Shown piece by piece: positions 46,616 to 56,287 of a stretch of 64,000 nt of DNA. Each line of letters starts with the position of its first letter. Positions within the stretch are counted from its first letter, which is position 1. Under the pieces are notes generated by a model. The model saw only the letters and a list, made by a program, of their open reading frames with translations, had not been told where the DNA came from and did no database searches. The stretch covers positions 17,327-81,326 of the forward strand of contig CAMHPA010000001.1 of the NCBI GenBank assembly GCA_946186925.1, in the 5' to 3' direction. The position numbers and the translations under genes were made by a program. The DNA is from an uncultured Bacteroidota bacterium (GTDB lineage Bacteria; Bacteroidota; Bacteroidia; Bacteroidales; SZUA-534).

Positions 46616-46786
46616 TTATTTATCCAATTTTGGTGCCTCAACCGGGCAAACACTTGCGCATGTTCCACACTCTGTGCACTTTTCAGGGTCGATAACATAG
46701 ATATCGCCTTCTGAAATAGCCTCAACCGGGCATTCGCTCATGCAAGTGCCGCAAGCCAAGCAATCTTCTGAAATTTTGTAAGCCAT
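46616..46786 (-). CDS. 2x[4Fe-4S] ferredoxin (56 aa); absent from the ORF track because it is under 60 aa
   Basis: The minus-strand translation is MAYKISEDCLACGTCMSECPVEAISEGDIYVIDPEKCTECGTCASVCPVEAPKLDK. It has two complete CxxCxxCxxxCP cluster motifs, an ATG start and a TAA stop. Confidence 0.85.
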   Translation of the reverse strand: MAYKISEDCLACGTCMSECPVEAISEGDIYVIDPEKCTECGTCASVCPVEAPKLDK

Positions 46787-46887
46787 AATTTTAATTTTTA
46801 AAGTCGGTGTAAATATAAGTTATCTTCTAAAAACATCACCAATAAACTTCATTTTGCCTTTCGGCGATGTTTATTGTTGATTTTCAA

Positions 46888-47547
46888 TTATTTCTGTTCG
46901 GCAATTATTGTCTTGCGTCCGACAACTTTCTGTCCGAGAGCCACTTTAACATCGTAATCGAGCGGCAAGAGAATATCGACACGCGAGCCAAAGCGGATGA
47001 AACCCATCTCATCGCCGGCTGCGCATGCGTCGTCTTCCTTCACGTAGGTGAGTATGCGGCGTGCAACGGCACCTGCGACCTGTTTCACCATCACCGGCTC
47101 GCCTTTGGCGCGGTTTATAACCACTGCTGAGTGCTCGTTCAGGTCAGATGATTTTGGGGTGATGGCGCGGGTGAATTTGCCGTCGAAATGGATAACCTGC
47201 TTGATGATTCCACTAACCGGAATCCAGTTGATATGCACATTCCAGCACGACATGAAAATCGACACTTGAATGCGCTTGCCAGTCACAATGCTCTGCTCAT
47301 CAATCTCTTCGATGGCAACAATAACGCCGTCGGCAGGACACAAAACCTGACTGTCGGTCAGTTGTGGCTGCTTGCGGTTGGGGCAGCGGAAGAAGCGCAG
47401 TACAAAAAGAAGCACCAAGCCTGATATGGTTGCCGATATATACAAGGCCAGACCAATCCGTCCGAAGAAATACACTATTGCATTTATTACCAATAAAATG
47501 GCCAATGCTTTCAGTATGACCGGATAACCGGCGCGATGAATTTTCAT
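46888..47547 (-). CDS. psd: phosphatidylserine decarboxylase proenzyme
   Basis: 219 aa with an N-terminal TM region and the self-cleavage region GDEMGFIRFGSRVDILLP. Confidence 0.9.
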   Translation of the reverse strand: MKIHRAGYPVILKALAILLVINAIVYFFGRIGLALYISATISGLVLLFVLRFFRCPNRKQPQLTDSQVLCPADGVIVAIEEIDEQSIVTGKRIQVSIFMSCWNVHINWIPVSGIIKQVIHFDGKFTRAITPKSSDLNEHSAVVINRAKGEPVMVKQVAGAVARRILTYVKEDDACAAGDEMGFIRFGSRVDILLPLDYDVKVALGQKVVGRKTIIAEQK

Positions 47548-47562
47548 AACTATCAGAATCGA

Positions 47563-48372
47563 TTACGAAACGAGCCGCAAATATGCAAAAATTACGGGGA
47601 TTGCCAAAATGATGCTATCGAAACGGTCGAGAATGCCGCCGTGGCCCGGCAGAATGTTGCTCGAATCCTTGATGCCGATGGTGCGCTTGAGTTGCGATTC
47701 GGTTAGGTCGCCAAGCGTGCCGAAAACAACGGTGAGCAGCGCCGTCACAATCCATTGCTGCTGCGTGAGCACGGGGAAGAACCGCGCCAGAAGCAGCGAT
47801 GCGCCAACAGCTGCCAAGGCCCCGCCAATGAAGCCTTCCCACGTCTTTTTGGGTGATATGCGCTCAAACATCTTGTGACGTCCGATGGTGACGCCAAAGC
47901 AGTAGGCGCCCGTGTCGTTCACCCAAATGATGATGAACATGCCCAGCACCAAAATACTCTGATATTCGCCCGTGTGGAATGCTATCGGGCTGATGAGTGC
48001 GAACGGCAAAGCAATGTAAAGCAGACCGTAAAAAGTATAGGCGATGGTTGTTATGGGGTTATCGTAGTGACCGAATAGTACAATAATGAATACTGGCGTG
48101 AGCAGAACAGCAACAATCAGCATCAGCTGGCTGCTGACAAGGCCTGCGCTCATCAGGAAACTCAGAGCAAACGCCACAAGTCCTGCGGCTGTGCCATAGA
48201 CTGCAAGCGGTTTGTATCCGCCCTGACGGCCGATACGGTAGAATTCCCACAAGGCAAGCACATCAATCACGGCAAAAAGCGCCGCAAACGTCCACTCGCT
48301 GTAGACTATGCCCGAAATGAGCACTACCAGAAAAACGATTCCTGTTATCAGTCGCTGCCAAAAATTACTCAT
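47563..48372 (-). CDS. cdsA: phosphatidate cytidylyltransferase
   Basis: Signature SQLKRTIGIKDSSNILPGHGGILDRFDS. The start is set at ATG 48372 (MSNFWQRL), which overlaps the upstream stop in ATGAGTAA. Confidence 0.9.
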   Translation of the reverse strand: MSNFWQRLITGIVFLVVLISGIVYSEWTFAALFAVIDVLALWEFYRIGRQGGYKPLAVYGTAAGLVAFALSFLMSAGLVSSQLMLIVAVLLTPVFIIVLFGHYDNPITTIAYTFYGLLYIALPFALISPIAFHTGEYQSILVLGMFIIIWVNDTGAYCFGVTIGRHKMFERISPKKTWEGFIGGALAAVGASLLLARFFPVLTQQQWIVTALLTVVFGTLGDLTESQLKRTIGIKDSSNILPGHGGILDRFDSIILAIPVIFAYLRLVS

Positions 48373-48574
48373 TATCAATGCTTTTAATGATTGTTTCGGC
48401 TTGCTCGGCCTGTTCCGGCGAAACATAGACTTCAACATCACCAAACAAGTATGATGAGTCCTGCTTGTTCATCACAACCGGCTCAATGCCTGCGCTTTCT
48501 AACATTCCTCGCATCATTTCGGCATCGTAAACTGATTTTGCCGAATAAACCAACTTCCAGTCCTGTTCCATCAC
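48365..48574 (-). CDS. DUF2007-like small protein
   Basis: 69 aa ([40 protein letters not shown]...). It is translationally coupled on both sides, with a 4-nt overlap with ftsH and an 8-nt overlap with cdsA. Confidence 0.6.
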   Translation of the reverse strand: MMEQDWKLVYSAKSVYDAEMMRGMLESAGIEPVVMNKQDSSYLFGDVEVYVSPEQAEQAETIIKSIDNE

Positions 48575-50661
48575 TTTTCAGTTATGTCCGGTTCTGCGGT
48601 TTCTCCTTTGGACTCAGAATCTTTCTCCGGCTTAGTTTCCGCTTGCCCGTTGTTTATCGTTTGATGCTCGTAGTAAGGTGTTTTGCCGTTTGGGCGGGGA
48701 CCCAGAATCTTCTCAAGGTCTTCGGCAAACAGCACTTCGCGCTCAAGCAACAAGTTGGCCAGCTGGTGGTGCTGATCTTCGTATTTGGTCAGCACTTCCT
48801 TCGCCTTGGCGTATGCTTCGTCGATGATGCGCTTTGTCTCTTCGTCGATGGTGCGGGCCGTCTCTTCGCTGTAAGGTTTGGCGAATGAGTACTCCGACTG
48901 ACCCGACGAGTCGTAGTACGACAGATTGCCCACTTTGGGACTCATGCCGTAGTAGCAGACCATCGCGTAAGCGTGTTTGGTGGTGCGCTCTAGGTCGTTG
49001 AGAGCGCCTGTTGATATGCGGCCGAAGAAGAGTTCTTCAGCAGCACGACCACCAAGCAAGGCAGCCATCTCTTCCATAAGTTGCTCTTTGGTGGTGAGTT
49101 GGCGCTCTTCGGGCAGATACCATGCGGCACCCAGAGCCTGACCGCGCGGAACAATCGTCACCTTGATGAGCGGATTGGCATGCTCAAGCATCCAACTTAC
49201 AGTGGCATGACCTGCTTCGTGATAGGCGATGGTCTTCTTCTCTTCGGCCGAGATTATCTTGTTCTTTTTCTCGAGTCCACCCACAATGCGGTCGATGGCA
49301 TCGAGAAAATCCTGTTTTTCAACTTTCTGCTTGTCGTGACGGGCGGCGATGAGCGCGGCTTCGTTGCAGACGTTGGCAATGTCGGCGCCCGAGAAGCCCG
49401 GCGTCTGCTTTGCAAGCGATTCTGCTGTAACGTCAGATGCCAGTTTGGTGAGCGGGCGCAGGTGAACTTTGAAGATGTCGGTGCGCTCGTTCAGGTCAGG
49501 CAGTTCAACGTGAATCTGACGGTCGAAGCGGCCGGCGCGCATCAGGGCACGGTCGAGAATGTCGGCGCGGTTGGTGGCTGCCAGAATGATGACACCGCTG
49601 TTGGTGCCGAAACCATCCATTTCAGTAAGTAACTGATTGAGAGTATTTTCACGCTCATCGTTAGCACCCCAGTTGGGGTTCTTGCCACGGGCGCGGCCAA
49701 TGGCATCAATCTCATCAATGAAGATGATGCAAGGCGCTTTCTCTTTGGCCTGCTTGAACAGGTCGCGCACACGCGATGCGCCCACGCCCACAAACATCTC
49801 AACAAAATCGGAACCCGACAGCGAGAAGAACGGCACGTGCGCTTCACCGGCCACGGCTTTGGCCAGCAGCGTCTTGCCCGTTCCCGGGGGGCCCACAAGC
49901 AGAGCACCCTTTGGAATCTTGCCGCCAAGTTGTGTGTATTTTTGCGGATTCTTCAGAAAATCAACAATTTCCTTAATCTCAACCTTTGCTTCTTCAAGTC
50001 CGGCCACATCTTTGAAATCGACTTTGATTTCCGACGTGTCCTTGTCGAACATTTTTGCGCGCGACTTGCCGATGTTGAAAATCTGGCCGCCACCAGCGCC
50101 ACCGGCCATCCGGCGGAAAATGAAAATCCAGACACCAATCAGCAGCAGCGGGAAAATGAGCCAGTTGAAAATGGCGTTCATGTTGTTTTCACGAGTTTCG
50201 TATGTGTACGGAATCGATTCGCCCGGGGTGTAATTTTTAATGGCATCATCAAGTTTTTCTTCGAATCGTTCGGCAGAGGCTATGGTGAAGAAATACTGTG
50301 GTTTGCCGCTGACAGCGGCGCGTTTTTTATCCTGATGGGTGTCTGCATAACGCGGTTCGCCAAGTTTTTCAGGTTTTATGTAGATTTCAACACGCTCGTG
50401 ATTGACTACCACAACATGGCTGACATCGTGATTTACAACCATTTCGTCCCAGAAACGGCTTTGCGGAATTTCAATCGAGCCGCCTCCTTCCATTGGCGAC
50501 ATAAACATAAATCCAAGCAGCACAATGGCAATGATGCCGTAAATCCAGTTCATGTTGAATTTCGGCGCCTTCTTGCCAAGCGGATGCATTTCCTGCGATT
50601 TTTCCTGCTTTTTCGGCTCTTCCTGTGCGGTTTGTTTTTCGTCTTTAACTTCGTTATCCAT
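48571..50661 (-). CDS. ftsH: ATP-dependent zinc metalloprotease FtsH
   Basis: 696 aa with Walker A (GPPGTGKT), the SRH region and the zinc site HEAGH. Confidence 0.97.
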   Translation of the reverse strand: MDNEVKDEKQTAQEEPKKQEKSQEMHPLGKKAPKFNMNWIYGIIAIVLLGFMFMSPMEGGGSIEIPQSRFWDEMVVNHDVSHVVVVNHERVEIYIKPEKLGEPRYADTHQDKKRAAVSGKPQYFFTIASAERFEEKLDDAIKNYTPGESIPYTYETRENNMNAIFNWLIFPLLLIGVWIFIFRRMAGGAGGGQIFNIGKSRAKMFDKDTSEIKVDFKDVAGLEEAKVEIKEIVDFLKNPQKYTQLGGKIPKGALLVGPPGTGKTLLAKAVAGEAHVPFFSLSGSDFVEMFVGVGASRVRDLFKQAKEKAPCIIFIDEIDAIGRARGKNPNWGANDERENTLNQLLTEMDGFGTNSGVIILAATNRADILDRALMRAGRFDRQIHVELPDLNERTDIFKVHLRPLTKLASDVTAESLAKQTPGFSGADIANVCNEAALIAARHDKQKVEKQDFLDAIDRIVGGLEKKNKIISAEEKKTIAYHEAGHATVSWMLEHANPLIKVTIVPRGQALGAAWYLPEERQLTTKEQLMEEMAALLGGRAAEELFFGRISTGALNDLERTTKHAYAMVCYYGMSPKVGNLSYYDSSGQSEYSFAKPYSEETARTIDEETKRIIDEAYAKAKEVLTKYEDQHHQLANLLLEREVLFAEDLEKILGPRPNGKTPYYEHQTINNGQAETKPEKDSESKGETAEPDITEK

Positions 50662-50667
50662 AGCGGG

Positions 50668-51036
50668 TTAGTCTTCGTTTTCAATAATTTCTTTTTTGGC
50701 GTCGGCCCACAAGTCTTCAATGTTGTAGAAATGACGGATTTCTTCCTGGAAGATGTGCACCACAATGTCGCCGTAGTCCATCAGAATCCATTGCGCATTC
50801 TGCTGGCCTTCAACGTGTAACGGGTGTTCGCTTGTCTCGGTACGTGCAAAGCGCTCAACGTGGTCGGCCAAAGCATCCACCTGAGAGGTTGAATTTCCGT
50901 GACAAATTATGTAGTAATCAGCTATCGCCTGCTCATTTTCAGTTAAATCGATAACGACAATGTCGCGCCCTTTTCGCTGCTTAATTGCCTCAACAATAGC
51001 ATCTTTAAGGCCTAAATTTTGTTTTGCTTTTGCCAT
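50668..51036 (-). CDS. rsfS: ribosome silencing factor
   Basis: 122 aa and Iojap-like (DIVVIDL...ADYYIICHGNSTSQVDAL...WILMDYGDIVVHIF). Confidence 0.9.
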   Translation of the reverse strand: MAKAKQNLGLKDAIVEAIKQRKGRDIVVIDLTENEQAIADYYIICHGNSTSQVDALADHVERFARTETSEHPLHVEGQQNAQWILMDYGDIVVHIFQEEIRHFYNIEDLWADAKKEIIENED

Positions 51037-51055
51037 TCAAATTCAAATAAGGTTG

Positions 51056-51063
51056 CAAATGTA
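51056..51063 (-). promoter_or_regulatory. -7 promoter box for the rsfS-ftsH-DUF2007-cdsA-psd operon
   Basis: caaatgta is the reverse complement of tacatttg. It lies 19 nt upstream of the start at 51036. Confidence 0.4.
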
Positions 51064-51270
51064 AGTTTTTTATGGCGAATGCTAAATAAAAGTTTTGTTG
51101 ATAATGGCAATTAGGGAAAGATAATGAGTTAGATTATTGGTATGCCAGTAGTTGAGGAAAACAAGAAAATTCAGTCAGACTGGTCAATCAATCTAAAAAA
51201 TCGCTATTATTATCATCACCTAAGTAAAAAGAAAGGGTACATTTTACATTAAACTGAAAAACAACAAATT

Positions 51271-51924
51271 ATGGTTATAAATCTTGGCACTCAGAACAGC
51301 ATTGTGAACCAGTATATGGCCGAATTGCGCGACAGCGTGATTCAGAAAGATGGTATGCGCTTCCGCAAGAATCTTGAGCGCATTGGTGCGATTTTCGCCT
51401 ACGAAATCAGCAAACAGCTCGAATATAAGCAAACCGAAGTGCAGACTCCGCTTGGTGTGGCGCAGGTTCCGCAGCTTTCCGCTCAGCCGGTGATTGCCAG
51501 CATTCTGCGCGCCGGACTGCCGATGCACGAAGGTTTTTTGAGCGTTTTCGACAAGGCTGAGAACGCCTTTATCACGGCCTGCCGCCAATATGAGAAAGAC
51601 GGCCGCACGTTCCACATCAGCTTCAACAGCATTTCGGGGCCGTCAACCGAGGGCAAGACGCTCATTCTGGTTGACCCGATGCAGGCCAGCGGCGCCTCGA
51701 TGGTGCTGGCTTATCAGGCTCTGCTCAAGAAGGGCACGCCGGCGCACACGCACATTGTGTCGCTCATCTCGAGCCGCGAAGGTCTTGATTATCTGCAACG
51801 TAACGTAGTCAACCAGCCCGTCACCATCTGGACCGCCGCCATCGATGAGGAACTGACCGTAAAATCGTACATTGTGCCCGGCCTGGGCGACGCTGGCGAT
51901 TTGTGCTATGGTGAGAAGGAATAA
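51271..51924 (+). CDS. upp: uracil phosphoribosyltransferase
   Basis: 217 aa with the PRPP-binding loop LILVDPMQASGAS and the C-terminal YIVPGLGDAGD. Confidence 0.93.
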   Translation: MVINLGTQNSIVNQYMAELRDSVIQKDGMRFRKNLERIGAIFAYEISKQLEYKQTEVQTPLGVAQVPQLSAQPVIASILRAGLPMHEGFLSVFDKAENAFITACRQYEKDGRTFHISFNSISGPSTEGKTLILVDPMQASGASMVLAYQALLKKGTPAHTHIVSLISSREGLDYLQRNVVNQPVTIWTAAIDEELTVKSYIVPGLGDAGDLCYGEKE

Positions 51925-52092
51925 TTACTGCTGGTGAATTGTTTTTGAACGCCGACGACACAGATTAAACGGATTTATACAGATTGTTTGATTAAATTTT
52001 AATTGAATTATTGGCACGGACGCGGCACGCCACCTCCCTACAATGCAACAGATTTCATTTTTAATTGTTCATTCCTAAATCCTAACTGGAAA

Positions 52093-52710
52093 ATGCTGAT
52101 AAAAATATATCCCGAAAATCCCAATCCGCGCGAAATCAAGAAGATAACGCAGATTATTGAAGATGGAGGCGTTGTGATTTACCCCACCGACACCATCTAC
52201 GGCATTGGTTGCGACATCAGCCAACCGAAAGCAGTAGCGCGGCTAGCGAAAATTCAGGGACTGGATATGGACAAGGCTTTCTTCTCGTTCATATTCAACG
52301 ATTTGAGTCAAATATCGGAATACACGAAACCGATGTCGAACCCGGCTTTCAAACTGCTGAAACGCAACGTGCCCGGGGCGTTCACCTTCATTTTCGAGGC
52401 TAACAACAACATTCCCAAACTCTTCAAGACGCGCCGCAAGACGGTGGGCATCCGTGTGCCGGACAACAACATCATCCGCAGCATTGTGGCCGAGTTGGGG
52501 CGCCCGCTGCTATCGTCGTCGGTGCACGACGTTGAGGACGATGTGACCGAATACATCACCGACCCCGAGCTCATCCACGAGCGCTACGGCAACGTAGTTG
52601 ACGCGGTCATCGATGGCGGATATGGTGATAACCAGCCATCTACGGTCATCGACTGCACAACCGACGATTTTGAGGTTATCCGCGAAGGGAAAGGAGAAAT
52701 AAATTGGTAA
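52093..52710 (+). CDS. L-threonylcarbamoyladenylate synthase family protein (YrdC/Sua5/YciO fold)
   Basis: 205 aa from ATG 52093 (MLIKIYPENPN...). It has the motifs VIYPTDTIYGIGCD and VGIRVPDN...PLLSSS. I cannot separate TsaC from YciO by eye. Confidence 0.85.
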   Translation: MLIKIYPENPNPREIKKITQIIEDGGVVIYPTDTIYGIGCDISQPKAVARLAKIQGLDMDKAFFSFIFNDLSQISEYTKPMSNPAFKLLKRNVPGAFTFIFEANNNIPKLFKTRRKTVGIRVPDNNIIRSIVAELGRPLLSSSVHDVEDDVTEYITDPELIHERYGNVVDAVIDGGYGDNQPSTVIDCTTDDFEVIREGKGEINW

Positions 52711-52754
52711 ACGAGCGGAATACTATCTACTTTCGCATCCAAATAACAAACAAT

Positions 52755-54863
52755 ATGAAATTAAATCTCATTCCGGCAGCCTTGCTGATGCTGATGGCAT
52801 CGGGCTGCCAACAAACAAAAATCAATTATCCGATGACAAAAAAAGTTGATACTGTTGACGTTTACTTCGGTCAGCAGGTGGCCGACCCGTACCGTTGGCT
52901 TGAGGACGACAATTCCGACGAGACTGCGCGATGGGTGGCCGAACAGAACAAGCTGACTTTCGGCTATTTAGAGAAGATACCGTTCCGTAGTCAAGTGAAG
53001 AACCGTTTAGAACAGATTTATAATTTTCCGAAAATGTCGGAACCGGTAAAGCGGGCTGGACGTTATTTCTGGTTTAAGAAAGATGGTATGCAGAACCAGT
53101 TGGTGCTGTACTATAGCGATACGCTTGGTGGAGAGGAGATTGAGCTTCTGAATCCGAACAATATGTCGGACGATGGGACTGTGGCACTTTCGGCAGTGGC
53201 GGTGTCGCACGATGGCCGCTATCTGGGTTACGGAATCGCCCGCGCAGGTTCTGACTGGAACGAGCTGTATGTCAAAGAGATTGCCACGGGCAAAACACTC
53301 GACGACCATATTCAATGGGTGAAATTCTCGGGAATTGCCTGGTACAAAGATGGATTCTTCTACTCGCGTTTCCCCGAGCCAGCCGACGGCAATGCTCTTA
53401 CCGAATCGAATGAGAACAGCAAGGTTTATTATCATAAGATAGGTGACAATCAAGAAGATGATAAACTCGTTTACGAAGACCCGCAGCACCCCGAGTGGAT
53501 GTTTACTGCCGAGGTGTCGGACGATGAATCGACGCTTGAAATATATGTGTCAGAATCAACCTCAGGCAGCGCGCTGTATATCAAAGATTTGAAAAACAAC
53601 GGTCAGATAATGCACATAGTTGATGGTTTTGAAAACAACTATAGTGTTATTGATAACATCGATGGCAAATTGCTGGTTCTGACCGATATGGGTGCGCCTA
53701 AATACAGGCTTGTGCTAATTGATCCGGCCAAGCCCGAGAGTAAAAACTGGGCCGAGGTGATTCCGGAAAAGGAGAATGTTCTGGAATCGGTAAGTATTAA
53801 GGCTGGTCGACTGATTGCAGGCTACATCAAGGACGCACAAAGCCATTACGAGGTTTATTCGCTCAAAGGTGGGTATCTGCACGATGTCGATTTGCCGCAA
53901 ATAGGCTACGCAAGTGGCTTCAGCGGTGACAAGAGCGACAACATTACCTTCTATCAAATAGAGACTTTTACATCGCCGTCGACCATCTATAAGTACGATG
54001 TTAATACCAATAAATCAGAGGTTTATCGCCAAACTGATATTGATTTCGATGGTAGCGGCTATATTGCCAAACAAGTGTTCTACACAAGTAAGGACGGAAC
54101 GCGTATACCAATGTTCATCGTTCATAAAGAAGGTATTAAACTCGACGGTAGCCACAAGGTTTGGATGTATGGCTATGGTGGTTTCAACATAACACTGACG
54201 CCTGGATTCAGCATTACTCAGGCGTTGTGGCTCGAGCAAGGCGGAATCTACTGCCAAATGAATCTGCGCGGCGGCGGCGAATATGGCGAGGATTGGCACC
54301 GCGCCGGAACACTGATGCAGAAGCAAAACGTGTTCGACGATTGCATTGCGGCGGCCGAATATATGATTGCCGAGGGCTACACCACGGCCGGAAACATTGT
54401 GCTGCAAGGCGGATCGAACGGCGGATTGCTGGTGGGTGCGGTTGTTAACCAGCGGCCCGACTTGTACGGAGTTTCGCTGCCATCGGTTGGAGTTATGGAT
54501 ATGCTTCGTTATCACAAATTTACCATCGGGCGCCATTGGGCAACCGACTACGGCACAAGCGAGGACAGTTTGCAAATGTTCCAATATCTGATTGGCTACT
54601 CACCGCTGCACACCATCGCCGACAAGGCCTACCCCGCAACGCTTGTAACCACTGGCGACCACGACGACCGCGTTGTTCCGGCTCACTCGTTCAAGTTTGC
54701 CGCCACGCTGCAGGAGCATCAGCAAGGCCCGGCCCCAATTCTTATCCGCATTGAGACCAATGCCGGACATGGTGCCGGAAAGCCGACATCGAAAATGATT
54801 GAGGAGAGAGCCGATCTGATATCTTTTGCTATGTATAATTTGGGAATGATGCCAAAATATTGA
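52755..54863 (+). CDS. prolyl oligopeptidase (S9A) lipoprotein
   Basis: Start at ATG 52755 (MKLNLIPAALLMLMASGC, lipobox). It has an N-terminal propeller (DPYRWLEDDNS) and the catalytic GGSNGGLL, with D and H in the C-terminal alpha/beta-hydrolase domain. Confidence 0.9.
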   Translation: MKLNLIPAALLMLMASGCQQTKINYPMTKKVDTVDVYFGQQVADPYRWLEDDNSDETARWVAEQNKLTFGYLEKIPFRSQVKNRLEQIYNFPKMSEPVKRAGRYFWFKKDGMQNQLVLYYSDTLGGEEIELLNPNNMSDDGTVALSAVAVSHDGRYLGYGIARAGSDWNELYVKEIATGKTLDDHIQWVKFSGIAWYKDGFFYSRFPEPADGNALTESNENSKVYYHKIGDNQEDDKLVYEDPQHPEWMFTAEVSDDESTLEIYVSESTSGSALYIKDLKNNGQIMHIVDGFENNYSVIDNIDGKLLVLTDMGAPKYRLVLIDPAKPESKNWAEVIPEKENVLESVSIKAGRLIAGYIKDAQSHYEVYSLKGGYLHDVDLPQIGYASGFSGDKSDNITFYQIETFTSPSTIYKYDVNTNKSEVYRQTDIDFDGSGYIAKQVFYTSKDGTRIPMFIVHKEGIKLDGSHKVWMYGYGGFNITLTPGFSITQALWLEQGGIYCQMNLRGGGEYGEDWHRAGTLMQKQNVFDDCIAAAEYMIAEGYTTAGNIVLQGGSNGGLLVGAVVNQRPDLYGVSLPSVGVMDMLRYHKFTIGRHWATDYGTSEDSLQMFQYLIGYSPLHTIADKAYPATLVTTGDHDDRVVPAHSFKFAATLQEHQQGPAPILIRIETNAGHGAGKPTSKMIEERADLISFAMYNLGMMPKY

Positions 54864-54900
54864 AGGACTGATAGGTATCAGAATAAATGCGTAAAATAAA

Positions 54901-54929
54901 AATGCGAGCCGTATGGTTCGCATTTTTTA
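54901..54929. terminator. bidirectional terminator between the peptidase and DUF4249 genes
   Basis: The stem aatgcga (54901-54907) pairs with tcgcatt (54918-54924). A-rich sequence lies upstream and a T6 run downstream. Confidence 0.6.
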
Positions 54930-54987
54930 TTCTATCATTCAGTTAATCAGTTCTTCAATCACGCTGCCGTGTGGCTGTTTTTTCCAC

Positions 54988-56283
54988 TCACTTGTATATG
55001 GTGTCGTAGAATGGTGGCCTGTAGTTTTTCAAAATAGGGACTTTGACATTGGTTGTTGTGGTGACGCAGAAGTTTCCGCTGCCGTCGTGCACGTTTGTCG
55101 GCACTTTCATCGCGCCAGTGAGACTGCTCATATCATCGTAGAACGACGATTTAACGGCGTTCATCGCACGCAGATAGTAGTATTGCTGCTCTGAAATGGA
55201 TTGCAGTTTTACGTACAGATTCCAATTATAGAAGTCGCCAGTCAGCTCCATATCTTCCTCAGTAAGTCTTCCATCATACATTTTACTTATATGTGAAGGA
55301 ATTATGCCCGAGCACGGAACTATAACATTGAGCTGCGCAGTTGAGTTGCTGAACTTCTCATCAGAAAAGACGTGGTAGGTGTTTTTGATGTCAGACATCA
55401 ATAAATCGACATCGCTGCCATCACCGTCAGTATTTGACTGCGACTGTGACTCGCCCTCAGACAATATCTGGCAGCCACGATAGTTATAATCCACGAGCTT
55501 GATTCCTCTTTCCCAATACGGACTTTCTTTTACAAGATAGTAAACATCAACAAAACCATAGCCGTCGTACTTAAATATGGGAGTTTCAAAGTTTTTCTTT
55601 GCGTAATCCACAATCGAGTCCAATTCGTACAGGTTTTTCTCATAAGGGAAAAACTGCTCAAAATAGCAATGTTCATGGTAGAATTCAGAGTAGATGGACA
55701 TTCGGTAGTAATCGGCATCCGGACCGATGTCGTTGAAACTGACATCGAGTAAGGTCCGCTCTTTAGAGGATGCATCATTTTGGTCGCTGGAAACGTGTGT
55801 GTAGGTGTGCTTTATAATAGGTTTTTCGATTTTTTGCGGGGCAACGTCTTCGGCCCAGACGTGCTGGCCGCCGCCGAAAACGTCAACCCGCACATTATCA
55901 CCCACATTGAACTTGCTTCTGAGCATATAAGTGCCCCAGATGGTATCGGTCACCGTTTCCCTATTTTCAACAGTCGTCCACCCAGTATAGTCGCTGAACT
56001 GCTCCGACATATAAATGTTGGTACGTGTAATCCGATAACAATCAGTCACTGTTTCAACCAATTGGCCGTTGACACGAAGTTCGATACGGGCGTCGCTCAC
56101 CACCATAGGTTTTGTACGCATCGTGCGCGAAACGTAAACAAAATTGGTGTCGGCGCCGGTTTGCAGATTGGCGTTGAGGCATAGCACACCTTCAATGTTG
56201 TCGAGGTCGGCATCGAGGTTGTTCTCGCAGGCCGGTAGCGCGGCTATCGCCAAAGCTGATAATATGAAGATTAGTTTTTTCAT
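54988..56283 (-). CDS. DUF4249-like lipoprotein (TonB-receptor companion)
   Basis: 431 aa with the lipoprotein signal MKKLIFILSALAIAALPAC. It lies 4 nt downstream of a CarboxypepD_reg-type TonB receptor, the usual context for DUF4249. The assignment rests on context and length, not on a motif. Confidence 0.5.
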   Translation of the reverse strand: MKKLIFILSALAIAALPACENNLDADLDNIEGVLCLNANLQTGADTNFVYVSRTMRTKPMVVSDARIELRVNGQLVETVTDCYRITRTNIYMSEQFSDYTGWTTVENRETVTDTIWGTYMLRSKFNVGDNVRVDVFGGGQHVWAEDVAPQKIEKPIIKHTYTHVSSDQNDASSKERTLLDVSFNDIGPDADYYRMSIYSEFYHEHCYFEQFFPYEKNLYELDSIVDYAKKNFETPIFKYDGYGFVDVYYLVKESPYWERGIKLVDYNYRGCQILSEGESQSQSNTDGDGSDVDLLMSDIKNTYHVFSDEKFSNSTAQLNVIVPCSGIIPSHISKMYDGRLTEEDMELTGDFYNWNLYVKLQSISEQQYYYLRAMNAVKSSFYDDMSSLTGAMKVPTNVHDGSGNFCVTTTTNVKVPILKNYRPPFYDTIYK

Positions 56284-56287
56284 CGGT

